Sequence record: DRR723986_22298
Direction: 5' to 3' (one strand)
Length of the DNA: 39,484 nt
The position numbers were made by a program, and so were the translations under genes. Under the pieces are notes generated by a model that was not told the DNA's origin, did not search any database, and saw only the letters and a program-made list of their open reading frames with translations. Shown here piece after piece: positions 9,716-20,400 of this stretch (positions within the stretch are counted from its first letter, which is position 1; each line of letters starts with the position of its first letter).

Positions 9716-11053
9716 TTAATTTAAATTAATGGGGTTACCTAGGTAAAAATCAAGAACTTTTACTCTGAAAATATAAGTATACTTGTCGTAAACGAGTTGT
9801 GATTGCGCAGAAAACAGGTTGTTTTGAGCTACCTGAAAGTCCACTGAGTTAATTGCCCCTAGTTCAAACCTTTGTTGAGCGATTCTAAATGACTCTTTCA
9901 AACTCTCGATTCGAGATAGGGATGCCTGATAGGACTGCTCCGAAGCATTTGCATTTGTAAATGCTGTCTCTATGTCTTGTCTCAGCGTATTTCTTGCTTC
10001 CAATTCTGAAACTTCTGCCAATCGTTGCTGAACTCTTGCCCGCTGCACTGAAGCTTTATTATTCATCCTAGAGAAGATAGGAATACTTAGAGATATACCG
10101 GCAGATTGTGAAAAGTTCGTGTTTACCTGCTCGCTAAATTCAAGGTCATATAGATCTACATAGTTGGTGCCTAAATTCCCGCCTATTGAAACGGAAGGAT
10201 AGTAGCCTGCATTTGCTATTTTGATTCCTAATTTAGCACTTTCTACTCCAAGGGCAGCTGCCTTGATCTCTGGCATAGTTTCTACTGCCGTCTCAAAGAT
10301 GGACGTTGGAGATTCAGAGACCATGAAGTTGTCGTCAATGGTAAGTTCAGGTTTTTCAATTTGGAAATCACTTGAGTAAGGCACCTGTAGTGCTTGAGCC
10401 AAGTTTAACAGAGATCCGTTCAATGTCGCTTTGGCATTAATCAAATCTACGTTGTTGGTAGCGAGTTGTGATTGTAGGTCTAACTGGTCAGAATATGGGA
10501 GCGAACCAGCATCAACCAATTTTGTGGTTCGTTCCAGTTGCTCTTGGGTGGTTAAAAGCTGGTTTTCAGCAATTTTTACCTGTTCCTGATTGAAGATTAC
10601 ATTAATGTAGAAATTGATGACATTTAATGTAATTGTATTTTTGGTTGCCTCTATATTATATAGGCCTTGCTCCAAAATTGTTTTCGTCTGATTGATGGTA
10701 TTATTGATTCTTCCAGCATTAAACAACGTAGCATTTGCAGAGGCATTTAGATTAATGTTACCAATTCTCTGCGTTTCAAATAGGTTAGTAGCAGGGTTAA
10801 TAGATCTACCCCAATTAAAATTAGTAGAACCGCCTGCTGATAAACTAGGATATCTTGCGCCTTGATTTTGTAAGAGCGTGGCTTCGTTGGAAAGTTGGTT
10901 TAGTTCACTTCTTTTCAGCGTCAGGTTGTTTTTCAATGCAATATCAACGGCCGTTTCCAAATCTAAAGGAAATGTAGGAACCACTGGTTCTTGTGCAATA
11001 GTGGAAAAACAAATTCCTGAAACTAGGGTAATACCCAGTAGGAATTTTCTCAT
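9716..11053 (-). CDS. TolC family outer-membrane efflux protein
   Basis: Signal peptide MRKFLLGITL..., AVDIALKNN, two repeated OEP halves (YPSLS / YPSVS), RFELGAINSVD. Start at ATG 11053 preferred over 11071. Confidence 0.88.
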   Translation of the reverse strand: MRKFLLGITLVSGICFSTIAQEPVVPTFPLDLETAVDIALKNNLTLKRSELNQLSNEATLLQNQGARYPSLSAGGSTNFNWGRSINPATNLFETQRIGNINLNASANATLFNAGRINNTINQTKTILEQGLYNIEATKNTITLNVINFYINVIFNQEQVKIAENQLLTTQEQLERTTKLVDAGSLPYSDQLDLQSQLATNNVDLINAKATLNGSLLNLAQALQVPYSSDFQIEKPELTIDDNFMVSESPTSIFETAVETMPEIKAAALGVESAKLGIKIANAGYYPSVSIGGNLGTNYVDLYDLEFSEQVNTNFSQSAGISLSIPIFSRMNNKASVQRARVQQRLAEVSELEARNTLRQDIETAFTNANASEQSYQASLSRIESLKESFRIAQQRFELGAINSVDFQVAQNNLFSAQSQLVYDKYTYIFRVKVLDFYLGNPINLN

Positions 11054-11060
11054 GGTGTGG

Positions 11061-11738
11061 TTAAAGGTCAATGTCAGGTATGTAAATTAGTTCGGTAATC
11101 CAGGATAGTGATTTCAAGTATTCTAAGGTTATTTTATTGAGGCCAGAGTCCATTTCGATAACATGACAAGCAAGGTCATTTTTCCCTTTTCTTGAAACAG
11201 ACATGGTGGCTATGTTGGCTTTTGACTGTGCTATGACAGAGGATATAAAAGCGATTGCGCCTGCAATATCTTCAGCTTTAATAATAAGAGTATGGTCTGC
11301 TGCTGAGAAATTAGCTACAAAACCATCCACTTCGGCAATATTAATAACACCTCCGCCTAGGCTTTCACCTACCACTTCTACTTTTCTTTCTCCTTTTCTT
11401 AAATTGAGTTTAATGGTATTAGGGTGATGAATAGAGGAATTTCCGATGGATTTAAATTTATAGATTAAACCTTTTTCCTTAGCTATTTCAAGCGAGTTTT
11501 TAATATTGGCATCATCGGTTTTAAAATCCATCAAGCCACCGATTATTGCTCGATCGCTGCCGTGACCTTCATAAGTTCTGGCAAATGAGTTATAAAATGT
11601 AATGACTGCTTCGTCAGGAACTCCTCCTAAAACACGGATTGCTGCTCTAGCGATTCTAACTACTCCAGCAGTATGCGAGGAGGATGGCCCTATCATTATC
11701 GGTCCGATCATATCAAAAACGCTACTTTTATTTGCCAT
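11061..11738 (-). CDS. sdaAB: Fe-S-dependent L-serine dehydratase beta subunit with C-terminal ACT domain
   Basis: GPIMIGPSSSHTAG, SFARTYEGHGSD, HPNT, SLGGG, ACT-like tail (ANIATMSVSR). Confidence 0.92.
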   Translation of the reverse strand: MANKSSVFDMIGPIMIGPSSSHTAGVVRIARAAIRVLGGVPDEAVITFYNSFARTYEGHGSDRAIIGGLMDFKTDDANIKNSLEIAKEKGLIYKFKSIGNSSIHHPNTIKLNLRKGERKVEVVGESLGGGVINIAEVDGFVANFSAADHTLIIKAEDIAGAIAFISSVIAQSKANIATMSVSRKGKNDLACHVIEMDSGLNKITLEYLKSLSWITELIYIPDIDL

Positions 11739-11894
11739 CTAGGTCTGTATGTTCCAATTTTGATGCTAAGGTAAAATCGTTGTATGTAAATCATACAAAA
11801 ATTCTTATTTATTGCATAGAATAGGATTTAAATGGTCATGTGTTGACATAGTTTAACATAGAAATTAGTAAACAAAAAGTCTTTATGACCGATA

Positions 11895-12719
11895 ATGAAC
11901 AGTTTTATGATCGAAATCGAAACAATGTATATTAAATCTTCTTCTGACACTAATTGGGTATGTCTGGATTCCGTTGAGTTTCCCAATAGAGCTATGAACT
12001 TTGGTGATGGACTGTTTGAAACAATGCTTTGGGATCTAAAAGAAATAAGATTCTTCGAGAAAAATCTCAAGAGGCTTACAGGAGGAATGCGACTTTTAAG
12101 CCTTGAAGAAACAAGTATTAATGCGGAAGGACTAATTCAGTTTCTTGCCGATAATTTCCCAAATCAACGAAAACGCGTCAGATGGAATGTCTATAGAAGT
12201 GGCCAAGGCAAATACACACCAGAAAGAAATGAAGTCACACAAACAATTCAAATATCTGAATTCAAACCAGCACCTAAAGTCAAGAAGAGTGTTGATGTCG
12301 CATTAAAAATACAAGTATTTCCTTCCGTTTGGTCCTCCTTTAAAACACTTAATGCTTTGCCTTACGTTCTGGCAAACCTGGAGAGAAAAGAAAGAGGGTT
12401 AGATGAAATTATACTTCTTGATCATAGGGGTTTCATTTCAGAGTCTGGATCATCAAATATATTCTGGATTAAAGATCAAGTTGTTTTTACACCGGCTTTG
12501 AGTTGTAGTTGTATTAATGGTGTAAGTCGTCAGGTGATTTTAAACTATTTGGGCTTAATGAAAATTCCTTTTATAGAAGGTGAGTTTTTACCCTTAGACT
12601 TGGAGGATGCAGATCAAGTATTTGTTAGTAACTGTACGGGGGTCAGTTATTTAGAGAGCTTTAGGAAGGTTCGATACTCCACTTTTCCCCTTCAATATTT
12701 AAATGATTTATTTGAATGA
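11895..12719 (+). CDS. Class IV PLP aminotransferase, 4-amino-4-deoxychorismate lyase-like
   Basis: NRAMNFGDGLFETM, FKTLN (PLP Lys), ESGSSNIF, CINGVSR, VFVSN. Start uncertain (11895, 11907 or 11925). Confidence 0.8.
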   Translation: MNSFMIEIETMYIKSSSDTNWVCLDSVEFPNRAMNFGDGLFETMLWDLKEIRFFEKNLKRLTGGMRLLSLEETSINAEGLIQFLADNFPNQRKRVRWNVYRSGQGKYTPERNEVTQTIQISEFKPAPKVKKSVDVALKIQVFPSVWSSFKTLNALPYVLANLERKERGLDEIILLDHRGFISESGSSNIFWIKDQVVFTPALSCSCINGVSRQVILNYLGLMKIPFIEGEFLPLDLEDADQVFVSNCTGVSYLESFRKVRYSTFPLQYLNDLFE

Positions 12720-12840
12720 TTTGGAAATAGCTACTTTTTATGACGGTCATTATAATGAAAATATTATCTTTAACGGCCTATTCTACCAAGATTAGTCTAA
12801 TACCCAAGAATACTAACCTCCCAAACCTAACCTAACATTT

Positions 12841-14484
12841 ATGCTCTTAGAACCTTTAGATTTAGCCGTCTTTATAGGCTATTGCTTGCTCATCATAGGG
12901 ATGGGTATTTTTGTATCACGTGAAAAGAAGGGGCACGTTAAAAACTCTTCCGATTATTTTCTCGCTTCTAAGGCATTGCCTTGGTGGGCTGTAGGAGCTT
13001 CATTAATTGCTTCAAACATTTCAGCAGAACAGTTTATTGGTATGTCAGGCTCGGGTTTCGCCCTAGGTTTGGCCATTTCTACTTATGAATGGATGGCTGC
13101 GGTCACCTTATTAGTAGTTGCAATTTTCTTCCTGCCAGTTTATATCAAAAAGGGTATTTACACCATGCCCGGATTCTTACTTGATCGATACGATACTCGT
13201 GTAAGAACTACCATGGCCATCTTCTGGCTGCTTCTTTATGTTTTTGTCAACCTGACATCTGTATTATACTTGGGAGCATTAAGTTTAAATACCATTTTAG
13301 ATGTGCCTTTAGGATATGGTATTTTTGGATTGGCGCTTTTCGCTATGATTTACTCCATCTATGGTGGTCTTAAAGCTGTAGCTTGGACAGATGTGATTCA
13401 AGTAGTATTTCTGATCGCAGGTGGTCTAGCGACTACTTACATTGCGCTACAGATGGTAGGAAGTGGTGACGCTTGGGAAGGTCTAAATTTGCTTCGCCAA
13501 AAAGTACCTGGTCACTTTTCTATGATTTTGAGTAAAGGAGAAATGATGATTCCAGATGGCGCTGGAGGAGAGCGTGATGCTTACCTTGACCTTCCGGGGA
13601 TCTCTGTGCTCGTGGGTGGTATGTGGATTACCAACTTGAGTTATTGGGGATTCAACCAATACATCACTCAGCGAGCGCTGGCAGCTAAGAGCCTGGATGA
13701 AGCGCAGAAGGGGATGATTTTCGCAGGCTTTTTGAAATTATTGATGCCACTTATCGTGGTGATTCCTGGAATTGCAGCCTGGGTTATAGTGAAAGATGGA
13801 ATTGACGTTGGCTTTATTGAGTCAATGAAGGATCCAGTGACCGGAATAGTTAAATCTGATAGAGCGTATCCTACTTTACTTCAATTGTTGCCAGTTGGGC
13901 TAAAAGGCCTTGCTTTTGCAGCATTAACAGCAGCTATTGTATCTTCCTTGGCGTCTATGGCCAATAGTACCTCTACTATTTTCACGATGGATATCTATAA
14001 TAAATACATCAAGAAAGATGCTACTGAGGCCGATCAGGTGAAAGTAGGACGAATTACAGCACTTGTTGCTTTTGGAATAGCTTCTATTGTTGCTCCAGCT
14101 CTGGGAGCATTGGATCAGGCATTCCAGTTTATCCAGGAATATACAGGCTTCATTAGTCCAGGTGTGTTTGCCATTTTCTTCTTTGGTGTATTTTGGAAGA
14201 AGACGACTTCAAACGCTGCATTAACAGGTGCGGCCTTAAGTATTCCACTCTCAGTGGTTTTAAAGATTGTTTTTCCTAATCTGCCATTCCTAGATCGAAT
14301 GGGGATAGTTTTCTTGGTTTTAGCCGCACTTATGATCATCATAAGTTTGGTAGAAGGTAAAGGAAAAGATCATCCAAACAGTATTGAGATCAACAAAGAA
14401 TTGTTTAAGACAAGTACCAAGTTCAAAATTGGTGCTGTTTTGATTGCGGGAATAACTGCAGCTTTGTACATCGTATTCTGGTAA
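12841..14484 (+). CDS. Sodium:solute symporter (SSS, SGLT-like), probable xylose/monosaccharide uptake
   Basis: DYFLA, SLIASNISAEQFIGMSGSG, YEW, GGLKAVAWTD, NQYITQR, many transmembrane segments; directly upstream of xylB-xylA. Confidence 0.88.
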   Translation: MLLEPLDLAVFIGYCLLIIGMGIFVSREKKGHVKNSSDYFLASKALPWWAVGASLIASNISAEQFIGMSGSGFALGLAISTYEWMAAVTLLVVAIFFLPVYIKKGIYTMPGFLLDRYDTRVRTTMAIFWLLLYVFVNLTSVLYLGALSLNTILDVPLGYGIFGLALFAMIYSIYGGLKAVAWTDVIQVVFLIAGGLATTYIALQMVGSGDAWEGLNLLRQKVPGHFSMILSKGEMMIPDGAGGERDAYLDLPGISVLVGGMWITNLSYWGFNQYITQRALAAKSLDEAQKGMIFAGFLKLLMPLIVVIPGIAAWVIVKDGIDVGFIESMKDPVTGIVKSDRAYPTLLQLLPVGLKGLAFAALTAAIVSSLASMANSTSTIFTMDIYNKYIKKDATEADQVKVGRITALVAFGIASIVAPALGALDQAFQFIQEYTGFISPGVFAIFFFGVFWKKTTSNAALTGAALSIPLSVVLKIVFPNLPFLDRMGIVFLVLAALMIIISLVEGKGKDHPNSIEINKELFKTSTKFKIGAVLIAGITAALYIVFW

Positions 14485-14496
14485 AAAATAGTTTAA

Positions 14497-15996
14497 ATGA
14501 GACGATTATTATTAGGAATTGACATTGGAAGCTCCTCTGTCAAAACCTCACTACTTGACGCTGATACAGGTAAGTCAATATTATCAAAAGCATTTCCAGA
14601 GGAGGAAATGATTATAAATTCTCCCGAAAAAGGATGGGCTGAACAAGATCCAGATAGTTGGTGGAAATATGTACAGCATTCCATTCGCTATGTTCTGAAC
14701 AAAACATCAGTTAAGAAAGGCGAATTGAAAGGGATTGGTATAGCTTACCAAATGCACGGTCTTGTGCTGGTCGATAAAGATCAAAATGTACTTAGACCAT
14801 CAATCATTTGGTGCGACAGCCGGGCAGTAGGGATAGGAGAAAAAGCCTATCTAGATCTTGGAGAAGAATACTGTCAGAAAAACCTCTTGAATTCACCAGG
14901 TAATTTTACGGCTTCCAAACTACGATGGGTCATAGAGAATGAGCCAGCTATTGCGGCTAAAATTCATAAAATGATGCTTCCTGGAGATTTTATCGCGATG
15001 AGATTATCTGGGGAAATCTGTACTTCCGAGACAGGTTTGTCTGAGGGGATATTTTGGGATTTTCAAAAAAATGGACTAAGTGATCAAGTATTAGCAAACT
15101 ATCAGATCTCTAAATCTTGGATTCCTGATGTAGTTCCTTCCTATTCTATACAAGGAAGAGTCTCTGCTTTTGCTTCTGAAATTACTGGGCTGGAAGAAGG
15201 AATACCTATTTCATATAGGGCTGGTGATCAGCCTAACAATGCTTTTTCACTTCAGGTTTTAAAGCCTGGTGAATTAGCTACAACAGCAGGTACATCAGGC
15301 ACAGTTTACGGGGTAGCTGATAAACCTCTTCATGACCCCCTGTCCAGAGTAAATACCTTTGTACATGTCAACCATTCCAAAGAAAAACCTTCCTATGGAG
15401 TTCTACTCTGTGTAAATGGTACCGGAATTTTAAATAGCTGGTTGAAAAAAGTCATGGGTGCCGCCCACATTGAGTATGATGAAATGAATAACCTTGGAGG
15501 CTCTGCTCCAATTGGCTCTGAAGGCTTGACGTTCATTCCATTTGGTAATGGAGCTGAGCGTATAATGCAAAACCAGCATGTAGGTGCACATATGCTGGGG
15601 CTGGACCTGTTGAAGCATGATAAGAGACATTTTATTCGTTCTGCTCAGGAAGGCATAGTTTCAGCGCTTACCTTTGGTTTCCGGATCATGCAGGATATGG
15701 GGCTAGACCTTACTACCGTGAAAGCAGGAAAAGCAAATATGTTTCTAAGTCCAGTTTTCAGAAAAACATTTGTTCACATGAATAAAGTAGTTTTGGAACT
15801 TTACGATACGGACGGAGCTCAGGGAGCTGCAAGAGGGGCGGGGATCGGTGCTGGCGTTTTTGCAAATGAAAGCGAGGCTTTTGCCGGTCTTGATTTGCTG
15901 GAAACAATAGAACCAAATGAAAATTTCTATGAACCCTACGAAGAGGTTTACTCCACCTGGAAGGACCATCTAGAGTCAATCCGAAAAATGAGTTAA
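14497..15996 (+). CDS. xylB: Xylulokinase (FGGY carbohydrate kinase)
   Basis: GIDIGSSSVK, QMHGLV, IIWCDSR, AGDQ, GTSG; adjacent to xylA. Confidence 0.9.
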   Translation: MRRLLLGIDIGSSSVKTSLLDADTGKSILSKAFPEEEMIINSPEKGWAEQDPDSWWKYVQHSIRYVLNKTSVKKGELKGIGIAYQMHGLVLVDKDQNVLRPSIIWCDSRAVGIGEKAYLDLGEEYCQKNLLNSPGNFTASKLRWVIENEPAIAAKIHKMMLPGDFIAMRLSGEICTSETGLSEGIFWDFQKNGLSDQVLANYQISKSWIPDVVPSYSIQGRVSAFASEITGLEEGIPISYRAGDQPNNAFSLQVLKPGELATTAGTSGTVYGVADKPLHDPLSRVNTFVHVNHSKEKPSYGVLLCVNGTGILNSWLKKVMGAAHIEYDEMNNLGGSAPIGSEGLTFIPFGNGAERIMQNQHVGAHMLGLDLLKHDKRHFIRSAQEGIVSALTFGFRIMQDMGLDLTTVKAGKANMFLSPVFRKTFVHMNKVVLELYDTDGAQGAARGAGIGAGVFANESEAFAGLDLLETIEPNENFYEPYEEVYSTWKDHLESIRKMS

Positions 15997-16041
15997 GAGT
16001 TAAATTTCAAACCTATAAATACCAAATAAACCAAAGTAAAA

Positions 16042-17355
16042 ATGTCAAAAACTTATTTCTCTTCAATCGATAAAATCCCTTTTGAGGGTAAGGAAAGCGA
16101 TAATCCGTTGGCTTTTAGATTTTACGATGAGAACCGTATCATCGCAGGCAAAACGATGAAGGAGCACTTCAAATTTGCTATTGCCTATTGGCATTCCTTC
16201 TGTGGAACGGGTGGAGATCCATTTGGCCCAGGGACTATCGTTCACCCTTGGGATGCTGCTGCAGACCCAATTCAGCGAGCAAAGGACAAAATGGATGCTG
16301 CTTTTGAATTTATCACAAAAATAGGAGCTCCTTATTATTGCTTCCACGATATCGATTTGATCGATGAAGGGCCTAGTCTTGCAGAATATGAGAAAAGAAT
16401 GCAAATCATCACTGAATATGCGAAGCAAAAGCAGGCTGAAACTGGGGTGAAATTGCTATGGGGAACTGCAAACGTATTCAGCAATCCTCGATACATGAAC
16501 GGTGCTTCTACTAACCCTGATTTCAATGTCGTGTCATGGGCAGGCACACAAGTGAAAAATGCCATTGATGCAACTATAGCGCTGAATGGTGAAAACTATG
16601 TGTTCTGGGGAGGTCGTGAAGGCTACATGTCTTTGCTAAATACAGATATGAAGCGTGAGACTGAACATCTTGCTCAATTTCTAACCATGTCTCGTGATTA
16701 CGCGAGAAAGAACGGCTTTAAAGGAACTTTCTTCATTGAGCCTAAGCCAATGGAGCCTACTAAGCACCAATACGATTACGATGCTGCAACTGTGATTGGA
16801 TTTCTGAGACAGCATGGTCTGGATAAAGACTTCAAATTGAATATTGAAGTAAACCATGCCACCCTTGCAGGTCATACCTTCCAACACGAGCTTCAAGTTT
16901 GTGCCGATGCAGGAATGCTAGGAAGTATTGATGCCAACAGAGGTGATTATCAAAATGGTTGGGATACTGATCAGTTTGCTATGAACTTACAGGAGATGAC
17001 AGAAGCAATGCTTGTATTGTTAACTTCAGCTGGTATTCAAGGTGGCGGAGTGAATTTTGATGCCAAAATCAGGAGAAACTCTACAGATATGGACGATCTT
17101 TTCTTGGCACACATCGGAAGTATGGATGCATTTGCGAGGGGAATGTTGATTGCTCAGGATATCTTGGAAAAGTCAGATTACTTAGAAAGAAGAAAGAACC
17201 GTTATGCTAGTTTCGATTCTGGTAAAGGTAAGTCCTTCGAAACAGGACAACTTACTCTTGAAGATTTGAGAAATTATGCAGCAGAAGTAGGGGAGCCAAT
17301 CCAGACAAGTGGAAAGCAAGAATACTTTGAAAATCTATTAAATAGATTCATCTAA
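16042..17355 (+). CDS. xylA: Xylose isomerase (class II)
   Basis: [45 protein letters not shown]. Confidence 0.97.
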   Translation: MSKTYFSSIDKIPFEGKESDNPLAFRFYDENRIIAGKTMKEHFKFAIAYWHSFCGTGGDPFGPGTIVHPWDAAADPIQRAKDKMDAAFEFITKIGAPYYCFHDIDLIDEGPSLAEYEKRMQIITEYAKQKQAETGVKLLWGTANVFSNPRYMNGASTNPDFNVVSWAGTQVKNAIDATIALNGENYVFWGGREGYMSLLNTDMKRETEHLAQFLTMSRDYARKNGFKGTFFIEPKPMEPTKHQYDYDAATVIGFLRQHGLDKDFKLNIEVNHATLAGHTFQHELQVCADAGMLGSIDANRGDYQNGWDTDQFAMNLQEMTEAMLVLLTSAGIQGGGVNFDAKIRRNSTDMDDLFLAHIGSMDAFARGMLIAQDILEKSDYLERRKNRYASFDSGKGKSFETGQLTLEDLRNYAAEVGEPIQTSGKQEYFENLLNRFI

Positions 17356-17377
17356 GCTTCTTTTTTTAAAATTTTGT

Positions 17378-17413
17378 AAAAGTCCGGTTGATTTCATTCA
17401 ATCGGACTTTTTT
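17378..17413 (+). terminator. Rho-independent terminator after xylA
   Basis: AAAAGTCCGGTTGA-tttcat-TCAATCGGACTTTT followed by further T residues. Confidence 0.8.
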
Positions 17414-17497
17414 GCTAAAAAAAATAACCTAGGATTGTGAATTTTAGTTAGCGGAGTAAGATTTTACTTTTTAAACTCATAATTTGGATGACTAAGT

Positions 17498-20400
17498 TTG
17501 TCGTGTATGAAAGGAATTGTGGTATTTGGAATTGCGTGTTTATTTATGCTTTGGGCTGGACCTGTTTCTGCTCAGGATGAAGTTGAGAAGCTCGTTTTTA
17601 GAAACCTGGATGAAAACCTAGGACTTTCAAATTCAAATATTCTCAGTATAATCAGAGATGCAAACGGAATGATGTGGTATGGCACTGCGTATGGTTTGTA
17701 CAGATATGATGGTACGCGAACCAAAGTTTTTTTAAATACAAAAGATTCAACCTCTATTTCTCATAATAATATCCATAGGCTGTTCGTAGGCCCTAATGAC
17801 AAGCTATGGATCAAAAATGTAAACGGTATTTTTGATATTTATAATCCTGAAAATGAGCAATTTTCAAGGGGTGTGAAAGTTTTTTCATCGGTTTATCATT
17901 TAGCATCTGACTCAGTTGGGATGCTGATGAAAGATCGCCAAAATAGATTTTGGTTTACCCATCCATCAAAAGGCATCAGTATATATGACCAAGATTCAGG
18001 GAAAACTGTTTATGTGCAAAAAAGTAATGAAATCGGCAGCCTATTCTCAAATCAAATAGTTGCTGTAGGAGAAGCTCCGGATGGTCTTATTTGGGTGGTT
18101 CACCAAACTGGAGTAATAGATTTGCTAGATCCCAACCGGCTTATTGTTACTAAAACACTGAAACTTCCGAAGGATGAAATCCCAACTGTTGCTAATTATG
18201 AAATGACGATTGACTCAGATGGAGATGCTTGGATTTATGACCCTGATCGGGATTTGGGTGTTTTTAGAGTTGATGGTTTTACACATGAAGTGCAGGTGAA
18301 CCAAGAGGATAGAGGGAATTATCGGTTGAATAATAACATGGTGAAATCGGTGGTTGAAGCCAAGAAAGGTCAAATTTGGCTTGGTACAGATCATGGAGGT
18401 ATTAATGTGATTGATAAATCTAGTCGCAAAGTGAAGTATTTAACAGGTGAGAACGCCTTGGATAATACCATGCCTCATAATGTGATTTATTCTTTATATA
18501 AAGATAATGAAGATATTATTTGGGTAGGAACTCATAAAAAAGGTGTTGCCTACTACCATCAGGGATTACTGCGCTTTTCTCACGTCCGAAAAAATTTTTC
18601 TGACCTGAATTCTCTTCCTTTCAATGATGTCAACGCCTTTGCAGAAGACAGCTTAGGCAACTTATATATTGGGACTAATGGAGGTGGTCTCTACTATCAT
18701 GATAGGAAATCAAACACTTATAAGCATTATAAACATGATCCTGAATCTAAAAACAGTCTGATAGGTGATGTAATAGTTGATTTGATGATAGATAGGGAGG
18801 GAGTTCTTTGGATAGGGACTTATCTAAATGGCTTGGGTAGCTTCGATGGAAAGGAATTTAAAAACTATCAGTATCAACCGGATAAACAAGCAGGCATTCC
18901 TGGGCCAAGTATTTGGAAGCTTTTCGAAGATAGTACTGGCAAAATCTGGATTGGAACTCTGCGTTCAGGTATTTCTATGCTGGATAAAGAAAGAAAGGTT
19001 TTTCACAACTATCCAGCTGGTAGCGCTCCTTTTTACCCTAATAATCAGTATATCACTGGTTTTGCCGAAGACAAATTAGGAAATATTTGGATTTCGGGTG
19101 GGAGTGGGATTAATGTGCTGAACTATGAAACTGGAGAAAATGGGTTTTATTCAGAAACTGAAGGAAATGGATTAGTAGACTCTAATACCACCGATTTATT
19201 TATGGACAAGGAGGGTGTGCTATGGGTAACTAGCATGACTGGACTCTATTATTTTAATACTTCGGATAGCTCGTTTGTTCATTATGGAGAAGAAGAAGGC
19301 TTGCCCACTTCCTATCTTGTAGATTTATTAGAGGACGATGATCACAACTTCTGGATCAGTTCTCAGATGGGGCTGATTTTTGCCGAGATTAATAGAAATG
19401 TTGAACCATATTCCATCGCATTTCAGAATTTTGACCAAAAAGATGGTCTTCAAGCGGCTTTATTCAATAAAAATTCAGCAATAAGAACCAGTAAGGATGA
19501 ATTTATTTTTGGCGGACCAAATGGGTATAACATCTTCAAGTCTGAAAATTTCGCTTTTGAACGGAATAATCCTGCTGTAGTTTTTACAGATTTCCAGCTG
19601 TTCAATGAAGAAGTCAAAGTGGGGGACATCTTAAGCAATAGAGTGCTTTTGCCAAAATCTCTGGAGAATATGGACAGACTAGTGCTTAGGCATGATGAGA
19701 ATATATTTTCTATTGGTTTTAGTGCATTGAATTTCCTTTATCCTGAAAAGAATAAGTACCGCTACAAATTGATTGGGTTTAATGACGATTGGATTTATCT
19801 AAACGATGATCTGGCGAAAGTCACGTTCACCAACCTCGATCCTGGGAATTATACCCTTGTAGTGCAGCCAGGGACCGTTTTGGATGGCTGGAGTTTGCAT
19901 GAATACAAATTAGATATAAAAATTCTGGCGCCTTTTTGGAAGACACCTATTGCGTATTTCTTATACTTTATAGTCATTGTTGCCATAATTTTCTATTTCA
20001 GAAATCAACTTATATCAAGGCAACGGGAGAAATTTGATAGGGAACAGGCGATGCAGGAAGCCAAAAGAGTACAGGATTTGGATAGATTGAAAACCAAGTT
20101 TTTCACCAATCTGAGTCATGAATTCAGGACACCACTTTCCTTGATTTTGACCCCAACCGAACACCTCATTTCGGAGACTGATGATGTAGGGTTGCTAGGT
20201 CAGTACAAAATCATTCAGCGTAATGCTAGGCGTTTGCTTAAGTTGATAAACCAGCTATTGGATGTTAAAAATGTTGAGAAAGGTGGACTAGTTTTTCATC
20301 CTTCAGAAGGGGATATAGTTCAGTTTATCAAGGAATGTGTAGCCGATTTTCATGAATTGTCTGAAAACAAACATATCCACCTGAGCTTTGAGACAAATAA

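Noticed and set aside
11828..12070. 80-aa minus-strand ORF in the sdaAB / PabC-like region
   Set aside because: Mostly antisense to the aminotransferase; no motif support.
12813..12836. CTAAC-like micro-repeats before the SSS start
   Set aside because: Short and imperfect; A/C-rich unstructured leaders are common before Bacteroidota start codons. Not a convincing phase-variable tract.
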